Shown here: in pieces, positions 17,485-27,852 of the stretch
Layout of the letters: each line of letters opens with the position of its first letter
Numbering within the stretch: position 1 is the stretch's first letter
Virus record (IMG/VR): IMGVR_UViG_2690316285_000010
Source: a virus
Taxonomy: Duplodnaviria > Heunggongvirae > Uroviricota > Caudoviricetes
Length of the DNA stretch: 41,117 nt
Reading direction: 5' to 3' (one strand)
Position numbers and translations under genes: made by a program
Notes under the pieces: model-generated
Databases searched by the model: none
What the model saw: only the letters and a program-made list of their open reading frames with translations
What the model was told of the DNA's origin: nothing

Positions 17485-18537
17485 ATGAATCTGGTGATGT
17501 CAGATATTACCCGCAACAAGCTGGGTTGCTATATGGCGCAGCAGGCGTCGCTTAACAATATCCCGGTTTCTGCACTGGTATCGCGATTTACCGTGGAACC
17601 TGCGGTGCAGCAACGTTTTGAAAACGCCTCAAAGGATAGCACCGAACTTACAAAAAAAATTAACGTGATCGGCGTGACCGACCAGAAAGGCGAAAAAATC
17701 CTCCTGGACACCACAGGACCGATTGCACGCACAAATACCAGTTATGACGGAACAAAACGCCGTAACCCGAATAACGTGGTTGATCTGAAAAACCGCAAAT
17801 ACCAGTGCGAACAGGTGAACTACGACACGTTTATTTCGTATCCGCAGCTTGATGCCTGGTCGGCACACAGCGATTTTCAGTCCCGCATCAGCGCACAGAT
17901 TGCCCGACAGGTGGCACTTGACCGCATCATGATCGGTTTCAACGGCACATCTCACGCGGATGAGTCCAACTTCAGCACCAACAAGCTGCTTCAGGACGTT
18001 AACGTGGGGTGGCTGGAGCACATCAGAACCAATGCCAGCGAGCGCGTAATGAATGACGTGACGCTGACTTCCCGCAACATGGACAACACCGTGGCGCACG
18101 CGGGTAAATACGCGAACCCTGATGCACTGGTACAGGACGCGCGCTCATCTCTGCTGGATGAATGGCACAAGGAAGCTGACGACCTCGTGGTGATTATGGG
18201 GCGCAACCTGTTTAACTCGCTGCGTCTGCCAGTGCTGAACAGCATCAGCGGCCAGAATCCCAATGCGGAATTACTTGCCGGGCAGCTCATCCTGTCATCG
18301 CGCACCATTGGCGGGCTGGGTGTGTTCCTTGCACCGTTCTTCCCGGATGCAACGATGCTGATCACCTCATTCAACAACCTGTCGATTTACTGGCAGAAAG
18401 GTTCAATGCGTCGTCTGATGAAAGACGAACCGGAATACAACCGCATCGCCACCTACCAGTCCATCAATGACGCTTATGTCGTTGAAGACTATGGCAAGTG
18501 CGCGATGGTCACTGGCCTGAAGTTCGCCGACAGCTAA
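17485..18537 (+). CDS. N: major capsid protein (P2 gpN-like)
   Basis: 350-aa ORF with AAGGAG RBS; similar to P2 N over its length (e.g. FTVEP, YVVEDY). Confidence 0.88.
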   Translation: MNLVMSDITRNKLGCYMAQQASLNNIPVSALVSRFTVEPAVQQRFENASKDSTELTKKINVIGVTDQKGEKILLDTTGPIARTNTSYDGTKRRNPNNVVDLKNRKYQCEQVNYDTFISYPQLDAWSAHSDFQSRISAQIARQVALDRIMIGFNGTSHADESNFSTNKLLQDVNVGWLEHIRTNASERVMNDVTLTSRNMDNTVAHAGKYANPDALVQDARSSLLDEWHKEADDLVVIMGRNLFNSLRLPVLNSISGQNPNAELLAGQLILSSRTIGGLGVFLAPFFPDATMLITSFNNLSIYWQKGSMRRLMKDEPEYNRIATYQSINDAYVVEDYGKCAMVTGLKFADS

Positions 18538-18582
18538 TCAACTCACGGCGGGCATCATGCCCGCCTGTAACGGAGAGAAAAA

Positions 18583-19383
18583 ATGATTACTCCTGCACAG
18601 CAACACTGGCAGAACGTGATGGCACAGCGCGCAGGCCGGGCGAATGAAGGTGTGGACCACGCCGCGCGTACCGCGCATGAAGAGGTGCTGTATCGTCTGC
18701 GTCTGGCACAGGCCCGGCTTAAGGGCGTACAGGCCAGAAGCGCGAAAGCCGACATCAAAAAAGCGTTGTTGCCGGACTTTTCCGGCTGGATTGAGGGAAC
18801 GCTGGAGGCTGACGGCGGGCAACAGGACGAAGTGATTGCCACGCTGATGGTGTGGGCGATTGACTGCGGCGATCTTCCGCTTGCGCTGCGTATTGGTGCG
18901 TATGCGGTCCGTCACAACCTCATCATGCCGGATAACTTTGGCCGTACTGCTGCCACAGTGCTGACCGAAGAAATCTGCAATCCGGTACTGACGCAGGCCG
19001 GGACGGATGCCGACGCGGATTTGTCCGTCTTTATCGAACCACTGGACACACTTTGGGAAATTGTCGCCAACCAGGATATGCCGGACGAAGTGCGCGCCAA
19101 ATTATGCAAGGCGTGCGCCTTTGCCCGCCGTGGCCTGAGCGATGCGGACAGCATGGCCTCATCACTGAAGCTGCTGCGCGAAGCGATGCATCTGAACCAG
19201 AACGCAGGTGTGAAACGCGAGATTGCAACCCTTTCCCGCGCCCTGAAAAAAGCCGATTCCGCAGCCGCACCAGAAGACGCCAGCGCACAGCAGGCGCAGG
19301 ACGAAAGCAGCGAAAGTAAAAAGACAACGCGGAAGCCTGCAACACGAAAAACCACCGCGACGCAGAAGGCGAAGCGCGGTTAA
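18583..19383 (+). CDS. M: terminase small subunit (P2 gpM-like)
   Basis: MITPAQQHW vs P2 MTSPAQRHM; conserved DMPDEVRAKL motif. Confidence 0.85.
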   Translation: MITPAQQHWQNVMAQRAGRANEGVDHAARTAHEEVLYRLRLAQARLKGVQARSAKADIKKALLPDFSGWIEGTLEADGGQQDEVIATLMVWAIDCGDLPLALRIGAYAVRHNLIMPDNFGRTAATVLTEEICNPVLTQAGTDADADLSVFIEPLDTLWEIVANQDMPDEVRAKLCKACAFARRGLSDADSMASSLKLLREAMHLNQNAGVKREIATLSRALKKADSAAAPEDASAQQAQDESSESKKTTRKPATRKTTATQKAKRG

Positions 19384-19484
19384 CGACTGACCCCGTCAGC
19401 GGGCGGCGTGCGCGGTGTTCCGGTTTGGCTCCGTGACCGTTTACACCGCGCACCCACCGCCCGATTTTTTCAGGAGTGAACCCC

Positions 19485-19979
19485 ATGAGTATGGTTGCCA
19501 GAACTGAACCCGGACCCGCAGAGGACGACATCACCGACACCGAAGATGGCGATACCCGTATTTCAGCGGGTGCATTCTGGCCGGATATTGTGCTGCGCGA
19601 GCTGCGTCTGGCGGTACGACTGCCGGGCCGCGTGACCACCTCCCGCCTGCTGCATACCGCCACCGGGGCCGTGGCACACGTTACCCGCGAGCTGGAAGCA
19701 TGGCAGCAGGAACAGCAGGCGGCTGGCCATCAGACGCTGGCCGATGTTCCGGCACCTGTAATTAACGGAGAAAGCGTCAATCTCTGGCACTGGCGCAATG
19801 CTGTTTATACCGCCACACGCGCCCTGATTCTGGAGCGTTACCGCGATGCGGACACAACGGACAAGGGCGACCGCCGGGCGGACGCACTGGATATACAGAC
19901 ATCGGATTTGTGGCGCGATGTGAGCTGGGCCATCTCTGACATTCTGTGCCGCCCGCGAATCTTTGCGGAGTTGTGCTGA
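19485..19979 (+). CDS. L: head completion protein (P2 gpL-like)
   Basis: ADVPA ... GES ... ELWRD pattern as in P2 L; ATG at 19485 with AGGAG 8 nt upstream. Confidence 0.8.
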   Translation: MSMVARTEPGPAEDDITDTEDGDTRISAGAFWPDIVLRELRLAVRLPGRVTTSRLLHTATGAVAHVTRELEAWQQEQQAAGHQTLADVPAPVINGESVNLWHWRNAVYTATRALILERYRDADTTDKGDRRADALDIQTSDLWRDVSWAISDILCRPRIFAELC

Positions 19980-20176
19980 TGAAAGTGAAGACACTGGAAG
20001 GCGACACCGTGGATTCGCTCTGTTTCCGGTACTACGGCACGACGCAGGGCGTCACCGAAAAGGTGCTGGATGCCAACCCCGGACTCTGCCGACAGGTATT
20101 TCTGGAAGCCGGACAGGAGGTGGAAATGCCGGAGCCGGAGAAGAAAAAACAACGAGAGATGATACAGCTATGGTAA
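19979..20176 (+). CDS. X: tail protein X (P2 gpX-like)
   Basis: 65-aa ORF MKVKTLEGDTVDSLCFRYYG... matching P2 X; start overlaps the L stop. Confidence 0.8.
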   Translation: MKVKTLEGDTVDSLCFRYYGTTQGVTEKVLDANPGLCRQVFLEAGQEVEMPEPEKKKQREMIQLW

Positions 20177-20472
20177 CAGGTTTTTTTCAGCGGGTGAGTG
20201 ACTGGATCACCTTCTGGGCATCAGTCACAGCCACCACAATAGGCGTGATGACCATCAGTGAAAAAATCGCCCTTGCCGGGTTGTTACTCGGTTCTCTGTC
20301 TGCATTACATGCCTGGCGACATCGCCGCCTGATGGAAACCGCCATGCAGCGTCGCAATGAACTCATCGCCAGTATCCTGGCGCAGTCAGACGCACGGCCA
20401 CTTCACGACAGTGAGCGTCAGGCTCTGAACATTCTGCGGGATAACGATACACATGATAAAGCTGCCCGTTAA
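20170..20472 (+). CDS. putative holin (two transmembrane helices)
   Basis: 100-aa ORF with two hydrophobic helices and a charged C-terminus, at the holin position between X and the endolysin; start overlaps the X stop. Confidence 0.6.
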   Translation: MVTGFFQRVSDWITFWASVTATTIGVMTISEKIALAGLLLGSLSALHAWRHRRLMETAMQRRNELIASILAQSDARPLHDSERQALNILRDNDTHDKAAR

Positions 20473-21001
20473 ACGTTACGCCGTAGCCGCCATTGTGGCG
20501 CTGGGGTTCTCCATTGCCCCTCACAAACTCCGGACCAGCCCGGAAGCGCAAATCCGCATTGCCACATGGGAGGACTGTCGCGCAACGCCTTACCGGGATA
20601 TTGCCGGGGTAATGACCGTGGGGTGCGGCTCGACCGGGCATGTGGAAAATCGTCTGTACACCGAAACGGAAGTCGCCGGGCGCTGGGTTAATGATATGCA
20701 ACATGCAGAAAACTGCATAAATCAGAACTTCAGCGGCAACGCCATGCCACAGTCCGCGTTTGAGGCAATGACAGATGCCGCCTTTAATCTTGGATGCAGA
20801 AATCTTATGTGGTTCAGGGATAAGAACCGTAACTACCACCGCACCACTATCTGGAAACATGCACAGGCGCACAACTGGCCTGACATGTGCAACAGACTGA
20901 CTGACTTCGTGAACAGCGGCGGCGAACGCTCACAGGGACTGGTTAACCGTCGTACTGATTTTCGTGCATGGTGCTTACGTGACACCGGAGGCCAGTCATG
21001 A
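20453..21001 (+). CDS. SAR-type endolysin (T4-lysozyme/GH24 fold)
   Basis: N-terminal weakly hydrophobic signal-anchor (AVAAIVALGFSIA) followed by an E-x8-D-x5-T catalytic triad pattern (WEDCRATPYRDIAGVMT). Confidence 0.75.
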   Translation: MIKLPVKRYAVAAIVALGFSIAPHKLRTSPEAQIRIATWEDCRATPYRDIAGVMTVGCGSTGHVENRLYTETEVAGRWVNDMQHAENCINQNFSGNAMPQSAFEAMTDAAFNLGCRNLMWFRDKNRNYHRTTIWKHAQAHNWPDMCNRLTDFVNSGGERSQGLVNRRTDFRAWCLRDTGGQS

Positions 21002-21471
21002 AAGTGCGTTACATCCTGATGATGGCACTGACCGTCCTCACGCTGCTGACCATAACACTCTGGCAGACATTCAGACTGGGGCAGGAAGACGGACACAACC
21101 GTTATACACAGGCGCAACTGGACGATTACAGCCGGACCCTGAAAGAGGCCGGCACCATCATCAGCACCGCATCCGGTGTACTGCGTGACGTCATGACAGC
21201 GCGCCAGAACCGACAACAGGAAGGGGAAATCCGACGTGAACAGCTACGCAACGATATCACGACAGATGCATGTGCCCGCGCTGTTCCTGACGCTCGCTTT
21301 ACTGAGCGGTTGCACCAGCACGCAGAACGCGTCCGCGCCGCCGCCGTCGTTCCGTTTCATCCCGGAAGGGCTGACCGCCCCCGTACTTCCCCCGCCGTTT
21401 CCGGTGACGCCATCATGGGGAAACATCGGGATATGGAGCGACAGCCTCATGGACGCACTGGAAACCTGTAA
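20998..21471 (+). CDS. i-spanin (Rz/LysB-like)
   Basis: N-terminal transmembrane helix then charged periplasmic domain; position and overlap with the o-spanin as for P2 lysB. True 3' end uncertain. Confidence 0.6.
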   Translation: MKVRYILMMALTVLTLLTITLWQTFRLGQEDGHNRYTQAQLDDYSRTLKEAGTIISTASGVLRDVMTARQNRQQEGEIRREQLRNDITTDACARAVPDARFTERLHQHAERVRAAAVVPFHPGRADRPRTSPAVSGDAIMGKHRDMERQPHGRTGNL

Positions 21472-21556
21472 CGCCGATAAGCGGGCCATTGAATTACTGG
21501 AACAGCGCAGGCTGCAACGACTGAACAACGAGGACAACAACCATGCTGAAAACTGA
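21266..21556 (+). CDS. o-spanin (Rz1/LysC-like outer-membrane lipoprotein)
   Basis: Starts in the +1 frame inside the i-spanin and runs past its stop; signal peptide with lipobox LLSGC; Pro-rich mature part. Confidence 0.65.
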   Translation: MHVPALFLTLALLSGCTSTQNASAPPPSFRFIPEGLTAPVLPPPFPVTPSWGNIGIWSDSLMDALETCNADKRAIELLEQRRLQRLNNEDNNHAEN

Positions 21557-22010
21557 TTCCCTGCGTGAAGCCATGACCCGTTCATGCCGGTGGTGTCATG
21601 CCAACCCGGAAAAATTCACCATTTTCGTGGAGAGCGGCAACATTGAAACGACCGGAGAAACCCCATCGTTTGTTTACCGCTATCAGATAGTGATGTTTGT
21701 CATGGATTACGCCGGAGAGCTGGACGACCTCACGCTGCCGCTGCTGGCGTGGTTATCCGAAAATCAGCCACAGTTGTTGCTCAATCCGGAGCGTAATCAG
21801 GACATCAAATTTTCCGCCGTTATCAATGACGATGACAGCGCCGATCTCCTGTTTACGCTCCCCCTGCGGGAACGCGTTCGCATCACGCGCAGCAGTCAGG
21901 GCACACCGCAGGCAGAACACCTGCCGGAGCCAAAACCCCGCCTGCCCTCTTCCGAAGGCGACTGGTCGCATGTATTCCAGGATGTGACGTGGGGGGAAAG
22001 CGATGGATAA
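21543..22010 (+). CDS. R: tail completion protein (P2 gpR-like)
   Basis: 155 aa; MLKTDSLREA... vs P2 R MLKPDSLRRA...; conserved LAWL.ENQP. Confidence 0.85.
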   Translation: MLKTDSLREAMTRSCRWCHANPEKFTIFVESGNIETTGETPSFVYRYQIVMFVMDYAGELDDLTLPLLAWLSENQPQLLLNPERNQDIKFSAVINDDDSADLLFTLPLRERVRITRSSQGTPQAEHLPEPKPRLPSSEGDWSHVFQDVTWGESDG

Positions 22011-22638
22011 GGCATTCACCCGCGTGGATGAAACCTTTGAGGCTATCCGCGACAGCCTGAATCAGCAGGCCATTAATAACATCGCCAGAAAGCTGGCACA
22101 GGATTTACGCCGCGCCCAGCAGGCGCGTATCCGGTCACAGAAAGCGCCGGACGGGACCGCATGGACACCACGCAGACGCCGCGTAACCCGGATACAGGAG
22201 CGCATTCGCTTTATCTGGAATAACGAAGCACGCACGCTGAAAAACTGGCATCACGACACGGGGAAATACGGGCGAACCATCACCGGGTGGGATGAGGATA
22301 AAAACAATATCCGCACGTTTTACCGGGATGACATCGACCGTTTTCTGGAAATACGCACCCGGCGCATCAACCAGGACAGCACCAGGCGCGTCTCCATGTT
22401 CGTAAAACTGCGCACCGCCCGCTACCTGAAAGCCCGTGCAGATGCTTCCGGTGTGACGGTGGGTTACAGCGGCGTGGCCGCACGTATTGCACGCGTTCAT
22501 CAGTTCGGTGAGCGCGATCAGGTTGCGCCGGGCATTTTCACCGATTACCCGGTACGTGAGCTGCTGGGTATCAGCCAGGCAGATGAGCGCCTGATTTATA
22601 ACACGGTGCTGGGCCGGATTGCGGAGGCTGTACGATGA
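22003..22638 (+). CDS. S: tail completion / virion morphogenesis protein (gpS position)
   Basis: Called mainly by position between R and V; longer than P2 S as I remember it. Confidence 0.6.
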   Translation: MDKAFTRVDETFEAIRDSLNQQAINNIARKLAQDLRRAQQARIRSQKAPDGTAWTPRRRRVTRIQERIRFIWNNEARTLKNWHHDTGKYGRTITGWDEDKNNIRTFYRDDIDRFLEIRTRRINQDSTRRVSMFVKLRTARYLKARADASGVTVGYSGVAARIARVHQFGERDQVAPGIFTDYPVRELLGISQADERLIYNTVLGRIAEAVR

Positions 22639-23216
22639 GCGCAGAACTCATGCGACTGCTGAGCAATATCATCCGCACCGGGATCATCTCTGAAGTTGAT
22701 GAGGAATCCTGGTGCGTGCGCGTTCGCAGCGGCGAACTGGAAACAGGCTGGCTGCGCTGGAACACCACGCGCGCGGGAGACTTCAACGTGTGGTTTCCGC
22801 CATCACCAGGCGAACAGGTGGCAATTGCCTGCATCGGCGGCAACCCGGAAACCGCCATGATAATCGGCAGCCTGTGGAGTGATGCCATTCCGGCACCCGG
22901 CAAAAGCCTGAAAGAAATCGTGGTCAGCGCGCCGGACGGCGCGGTGTTCCGCTACGACGCGGACGCAGGCGCACTGAGCGCAAGCGGCATGAAAACGGCC
23001 ACTTTGCAGGCATCCATCAGCGTGACACTGAACACGCCTGTCGTGGAATGCACAGACCTTCTGAGAACAGCGACGCTTGACGTCACAAAAGGGGGAACGA
23101 TGAGCGGCAATATCACGCACAGCGGCGGCGATTTCACCTCAAACGGCATCACAGTGCATACGCATAAGCACGGTGGCGTTAAAGGTGGCAGCGATTCGAC
23201 AGGAGGCCCGCAGTGA
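22635..23216 (+). CDS. V: baseplate spike protein (P2 gpV-like)
   Basis: IRTGII..., GEQV, THKHGG... motifs as in P2 V. Confidence 0.85.
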   Translation: MSAELMRLLSNIIRTGIISEVDEESWCVRVRSGELETGWLRWNTTRAGDFNVWFPPSPGEQVAIACIGGNPETAMIIGSLWSDAIPAPGKSLKEIVVSAPDGAVFRYDADAGALSASGMKTATLQASISVTLNTPVVECTDLLRTATLDVTKGGTMSGNITHSGGDFTSNGITVHTHKHGGVKGGSDSTGGPQ

Positions 23217-23563
23217 CAACCCGCTACACAGGAATGAACCCGGACGGGACGGGAAACCTGAACGATATGGCGCACCTGAAACAGTCAGTCAGGGACATCC
23301 TGACCACCCCGCTGGCAAGCCGGGTTATGCGACGGGAATATGGCAGCCTTGTGCCTGATTTGATTGACGAACCCATGAATAACACCACGCGTCTGCAATG
23401 CATGAGTGCTACCGTGATTGCACTGACACGATGGGAACCACGCATTGCCCTGAACGCCATCGACGTTGTCTGGAAGGCAGGAGGCCACGCCGGGGTGACG
23501 CTGTCGGGCACTGTCATGCAGACCATGCAGAATGTTGAATTAACCATCACGCTGAGGGAGTAA
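23213..23563 (+). CDS. W: baseplate protein (P2 gpW-like, lysozyme-fold)
   Basis: 116 aa, GTG start with AGGAGG RBS; size and position as P2 W. Confidence 0.8.
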   Translation: MTTRYTGMNPDGTGNLNDMAHLKQSVRDILTTPLASRVMRREYGSLVPDLIDEPMNNTTRLQCMSATVIALTRWEPRIALNAIDVVWKAGGHAGVTLSGTVMQTMQNVELTITLRE

Positions 23564-23566
23564 ATC

Positions 23567-24463
23567 ATGCCTGCCGTTGACCTTTCCCAGTTACCGGAAC
23601 CCGCCATCATCGCGGAGCCTGACTTTGAGGCAATTCTGGCTGACACAAAGGCCATGATGATTGCAGCTTATCCCGCCGAACAGCGTGAAGTCGTCTCCGC
23701 CGCACTGGAACTGGAATCGGAACCCCTGAACGTTATCGCTCAAACCATGTCGTTTCGTGAAATGCTGTTACGCCAGCGGGTCAATGAGGCCGCACGCGCC
23801 TGCATGTTGAGCCACAGCGCCGGAACAGACCTGGACAACCTCGCGGGCAATATGAACACAAAGCGCCTGGTTATCACTCCGGCAACGGATACCACCGACG
23901 TGGTGATGGAGAACGACACCTCGCTGAGACTGCGGGCGCAGCGGGCGTATGACGGCCTGAGTGTTGCAGGCCCGTCAGGCGCATACGAGTATTTTGCCCG
24001 CAGCGCCAGCGGTCTGGTGCGCGATGCGCGGGCCATCAGTCCGTCTCCGGCAAATGTGACGGTTTCCATCCTGTCCACTGAGGGCGACGGCACAGCAACG
24101 GAGGCGTTGCTTAATACCGTTCGCGCCGTTCTGAATGCAGAGGATACCCGCCCGGTGGCCGACCGCCTGACCGTACAGAGTGCCAGAATCGTGACATGGC
24201 GGCTGAATGCAAAACTGTACTTTTACCCCGGTCCGGAATCCGAACCTATTCTGGCTGCGGCTGAATCGTCGTTCAGGAAGTGGCTGGCTGAGCAGGGGCT
24301 TATCGGTCAGGACGTGGCGTTGTCCGCCATTGCTGCCGCACTGCATGTGCACGGTGTGCAACGCGTGGAGATAATCGAACCCACACAGAATATGGCCATC
24401 AGCGACATACAGGCGGCGCGCTGTGAGTCATTCACCATCAGCGAAGGTGGGCGTAATGAGTAA
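23567..24463 (+). CDS. J: baseplate assembly protein (P2 gpJ-like)
   Basis: 298 aa following W; P2 J is about 302 aa. Confidence 0.85.
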   Translation: MPAVDLSQLPEPAIIAEPDFEAILADTKAMMIAAYPAEQREVVSAALELESEPLNVIAQTMSFREMLLRQRVNEAARACMLSHSAGTDLDNLAGNMNTKRLVITPATDTTDVVMENDTSLRLRAQRAYDGLSVAGPSGAYEYFARSASGLVRDARAISPSPANVTVSILSTEGDGTATEALLNTVRAVLNAEDTRPVADRLTVQSARIVTWRLNAKLYFYPGPESEPILAAAESSFRKWLAEQGLIGQDVALSAIAAALHVHGVQRVEIIEPTQNMAISDIQAARCESFTISEGGRNE

Positions 24464-24986
24464 TTCACTGTTACCACCATCAGCCAGCAATTTCATGCGT
24501 TGTGCCGAAGCCGTCGGAACACGCATTACAGACATTCCGGCAGACCTCAACACGCTGTGGTCGCCGGACACCTGCCCGGTGCATCTGCTGCCTTATCTCG
24601 CCTGGGCGTTTTCCGTTGACCGCTGGGATCGCAACTGGCCGGAAGAGACAAAGCGACAGGTGATTCGTGATGCATGGCTGATACACCGACACAAAGGAAC
24701 CATCAGCGCCCTGCGACGGGCCATTGAGCCGCTGGGATACCTCATTCGCGTGTCTGAGTGGTGGGAGTTCAACGGCGAACCCGGAACATTCAAGATTGAT
24801 GTTGGCACGCTGGACAGTGGCGTGACGGAGGAAATGTATCTGGAAATGGAGCGGTTGATTGCTGATGCCCGCCCGGTCAGCCGCCACATGACAGGGCTGA
24901 ATATCATTCAGGAGATTCAGGGAGATATTTTCGCGGCAGCAGCAACTTACGACGGTGAAGTCATTACCATTTATCCGGACGATTAA
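24456..24986 (+). CDS. I: baseplate protein (P2 gpI-like)
   Basis: 176 aa from ATG 24456, same length as P2 I; start overlaps the J stop. Confidence 0.85.
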   Translation: MSNSLLPPSASNFMRCAEAVGTRITDIPADLNTLWSPDTCPVHLLPYLAWAFSVDRWDRNWPEETKRQVIRDAWLIHRHKGTISALRRAIEPLGYLIRVSEWWEFNGEPGTFKIDVGTLDSGVTEEMYLEMERLIADARPVSRHMTGLNIIQEIQGDIFAAAATYDGEVITIYPDD

Positions 24987-24988
24987 GC

Positions 24989-26421
24989 ATGAGTACCACA
25001 ACACGAAAATTTAAAACCATTATCACCGATACGGGTGCAAAAAAATTAGCGCAGGCAACCGCGCCAGATGGGAAACCTGTCCGCCTGACACATATGGCCG
25101 TGGGTGACGGCGGCGGTACTTTACCCACGCCAGACAGTAAGCAGACCCGTCTTGTGCATGAGGTGTGGCGACATACCGTTAATCGCGTCACCCTGGACGC
25201 AACACATCAGAACCACATTATTGCGGAGCTGGTTATTCCTCCTGAAACGGGCGGATTCTGGATCCGGGAAATTGGTGTGTTTGATGAGCACGGCGATTTG
25301 ATCGCGGTAGGCAATACTGCCGAAAGTTACAAGCCAACCGTTGCCGAAGGATCCGGACGTGCACAAACATTTCGCACCATTCTGACCGTATCCAGCACTG
25401 CCACTGTGGCGCTTACCGTGGATAACACCATGGTGATGGCCACAGTGAATTACGTGGATGACAAACTGAAAGAGCATGAACAGTCACGACGTCACCCGGA
25501 CGCCTCGCTGACCGCAAAAGGCCTTGTCCAGCTCAGCAACGCCACCAACAGCACGTCTGAAACGCTGGCAGCGACACCAAAAGCCGTTAAGGCAGTAATG
25601 GATGAAACGAACAAGAAAGCCCCATTAAACAGCCCGGCACTGACCGGAACGCCAACAACACCAACTGCGCGACAGGGAACGAATAATACCCAAATCGCAA
25701 GCACGGCTTTCGTTATGGCTGCGATTGCCGCACTTGTAGACTCTTCGCCTGATGCACTGAACACACTGAACGAGCTGGCGGCGGCGCTGGGCAACGACCC
25801 GAATTTTGCGACCACCATGACTAACGCGCTTGCGGGTAAGCAACCGAAAGATGCCACNTCTCAGAGCAAAGTTGCTGCTGAATCCGCGGCAACGCGCGCC
25901 GAGACAGCAGCAAAACGGGCAGAGGATATTGCATCCGCCGTGGCGCTTGAGGATGCGAGCACGACGAAAAAGGGGATAGTACAGCTCAGCAGTGCGACCA
26001 ACAGCACTTCCGAGTCACTGGCGGCAACGCCAAAAGCGGTTAAGGCGGTAATGGGTGAAACGAACAAGAAAGCGCCCTTAAATAGTCCTGCACTGACCGG
26101 AACGCCAACAACACCAACTGCGCGACAGGGAACGAATAATACCCAAATCGCAAGCACGGCTTTCGTTATGGCTGCGATTGCCGCCCTTGTAGATTCGTCA
26201 CCTGATGCACTGAACACGCTGAACGAGCTGGCTGCGGCGCTGGGCAACGACCCGAATTTTGCGACCACCATGACTAACGCGCTTGCGGGTAAGCAACCGA
26301 AAGATGCCACTCTGACGGCGCTGGCGGGGCTTGCTACTGCGGCAGACAGGTTTCCGTATTTTACGGGGAATGATGTCGCCAGCCTGGCAACCCTGACAAA
26401 AGTCGGGCGGGATATTCTTGC
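24989..26421 (+). CDS. H: tail fibre protein, constant N-terminal part (P2 gpH-like); 3' end lost at an N-run and IS4
   Basis: N-terminus MSTTTRKFKTIITDTGAKKLA... and the QLSSATNSTSE..LAATPKAVK segments match P2 H. Reading frame ends at ...VGRDIL, then N-run 26422-26430 and the IS4 end. Confidence 0.8.
25531..26307 (+). repeat. tandem duplication of about 327 bp within the tail fibre gene
   Basis: Unit 1 about 25531-25857 and unit 2 about 25981-26307, roughly 95% identical, encoding LS.ATNSTSE.LAATPKAVKAVM.ETNKKAPLNSPALTG...AGKQPKDA twice. A single N (25858) sits at the end of unit 1. Confidence 0.7.
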
Positions 26422-26426
26422 NNNNN

Positions 26427-27852
26427 NNNNGCCAGTCAGTTAAGCAACTGACTGGCTCTTTTTCGGGGCTGTGGGGTATTTCCAGGGCCTCTCCTTTACC
26501 ACTCTCGGGAAGGCCCTTTCCCTTCTCGTCGGTAATTTCACAAGTTGTCCCATACTTGCAAGATCGCGCATCAGCTCCGGTATACGTCCCGGTGAAGCGC
26601 CCTGCAATGTCATCAGCATTCTCATCACCATTCCGCATGATTCTGAGAAACTCAGTTGATTCGGCCAGTAACCTTTCAGATGTTCCGCCATTTTAATCAT
26701 CTGATATCTCACCAGATTATAAGCCAGTAAGACACCCCACAGCTCTTGCTCCACAAGCTCCGGCTTTTTACTTCTCAGCGTCAGCCTGCTCAGTTGCATC
26801 GTCTGTTTTATCTCCCTGTATCCCAGTTCGATTTCCCAGCGATGACTGTACAGATCCGCCATTTCTCCTCCGGGGAAGCGCATGGCGTCCGTCATCGACG
26901 TCAGCAGATGGCAGACTTTTCCTTTGCGCGTCACGGTCAGCAGGCGGGCTGTCACTTCATTTCCCAGTCCCGGCCACTTTTTTCGTGCCTGCGGGCTGGT
27001 TTTCAGCTTCACCAGATGATCGCCTTTACCCAGTTTTCTGAGCTCTTCATATTGCGCTCCCTTTCTGAGAGGTATCATCCAGTGGCGGTGTTCTCCCGCC
27101 AGGCTCCAGGCATTTAACAGTCCCAGTGAGTAATAACCTTTATCCATTAACGTCAGAGTGTTATCGCCGGTTTGTTCTATAAGTTGCTCAGCAAGCTCAT
27201 TTTCGCTGTTCTTCATCGTGCCGAAGGCTGCAGCCGTCAGCAGATGGCTGGTCAGTTCCATCTGGCAGACCATTTTGACCTGCGGGTAGAGCGCCGGGTT
27301 CCCGGCATGTGTCTGGCGGGGGAAGGCTGCATCGTTCTCTGGTGTATCCGGTGTGCGCCAGAACACACCATCGATGGCCAGCAGGGTCAGGCCGCACCAG
27401 TGCGGATGCGGCGTGGCGTTATGCCAGAGCTGCGCTGTTTTCGTGAACACGCGGCGGACAGCCTCACTTCCCAGGCGCTGGCGGGCCTGAATAACGGCAC
27501 TGGGGGCAACGAAGGGGCGATTGCCCGGCAGCATGATGTCCAGGCGATTCACAATCTGGTGAAGAGGTTCTTTACGCTCAAGCGCCATGCCAACAATACA
27601 CCAGACCATCATTTCGAGGGGAAGACGGCGCTTGCGTAGCGTTACAGTACCTGATTCGGCAAGGCAACGAGAGATGAGTTCGGGGTCGAGGTAATCCCCC
27701 AGAGAAGTCAGTGGGTTACGCAGAGAATCGTAACGGGATACCAGATCAAGAGCCTGTCCAATGTGCATAAAAAAATCCGGAAACAAGTGAGCGTTTCCGG
27801 ATTCTTACACAGCCACTGGATCGGTCAACTGATCCTTAACTGATCGGCATTA
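26427..27852 (-). mobile_element. IS4 insertion sequence
   Basis: Encodes a protein matching E. coli IS4 transposase; visible terminus at 27835-27852 reads TAATGCCGATCAGTTAAG (reverse complement), the IS4 inverted repeat as I remember it. The other end runs into N-run 26422-26430, so the start coordinate is approximate. Confidence 0.85.
26440..27768 (-). CDS. insG: IS4 transposase (DDE)
   Basis: 442-aa protein from [10 protein letters not shown]... matches IS4 InsG from memory; ORF-track start at 27786 is an upstream extension. Confidence 0.9.
   Translation of the reverse strand: MHIGQALDLVSRYDSLRNPLTSLGDYLDPELISRCLAESGTVTLRKRRLPLEMMVWCIVGMALERKEPLHQIVNRLDIMLPGNRPFVAPSAVIQARQRLGSEAVRRVFTKTAQLWHNATPHPHWCGLTLLAIDGVFWRTPDTPENDAAFPRQTHAGNPALYPQVKMVCQMELTSHLLTAAAFGTMKNSENELAEQLIEQTGDNTLTLMDKGYYSLGLLNAWSLAGEHRHWMIPLRKGAQYEELRKLGKGDHLVKLKTSPQARKKWPGLGNEVTARLLTVTRKGKVCHLLTSMTDAMRFPGGEMADLYSHRWEIELGYREIKQTMQLSRLTLRSKKPELVEQELWGVLLAYNLVRYQMIKMAEHLKGYWPNQLSFSESCGMVMRMLMTLQGASPGRIPELMRDLASMGQLVKLPTRRERAFPRVVKERPWKYPTAPKKSQSVA

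Noticed and set aside
26440-27786. IS4 transposase start at 27786 ([11 protein letters not shown]...)
   Set aside because: IS4 transposase as I remember it starts at MHIGQALD; the six extra codons are an upstream in-frame extension.
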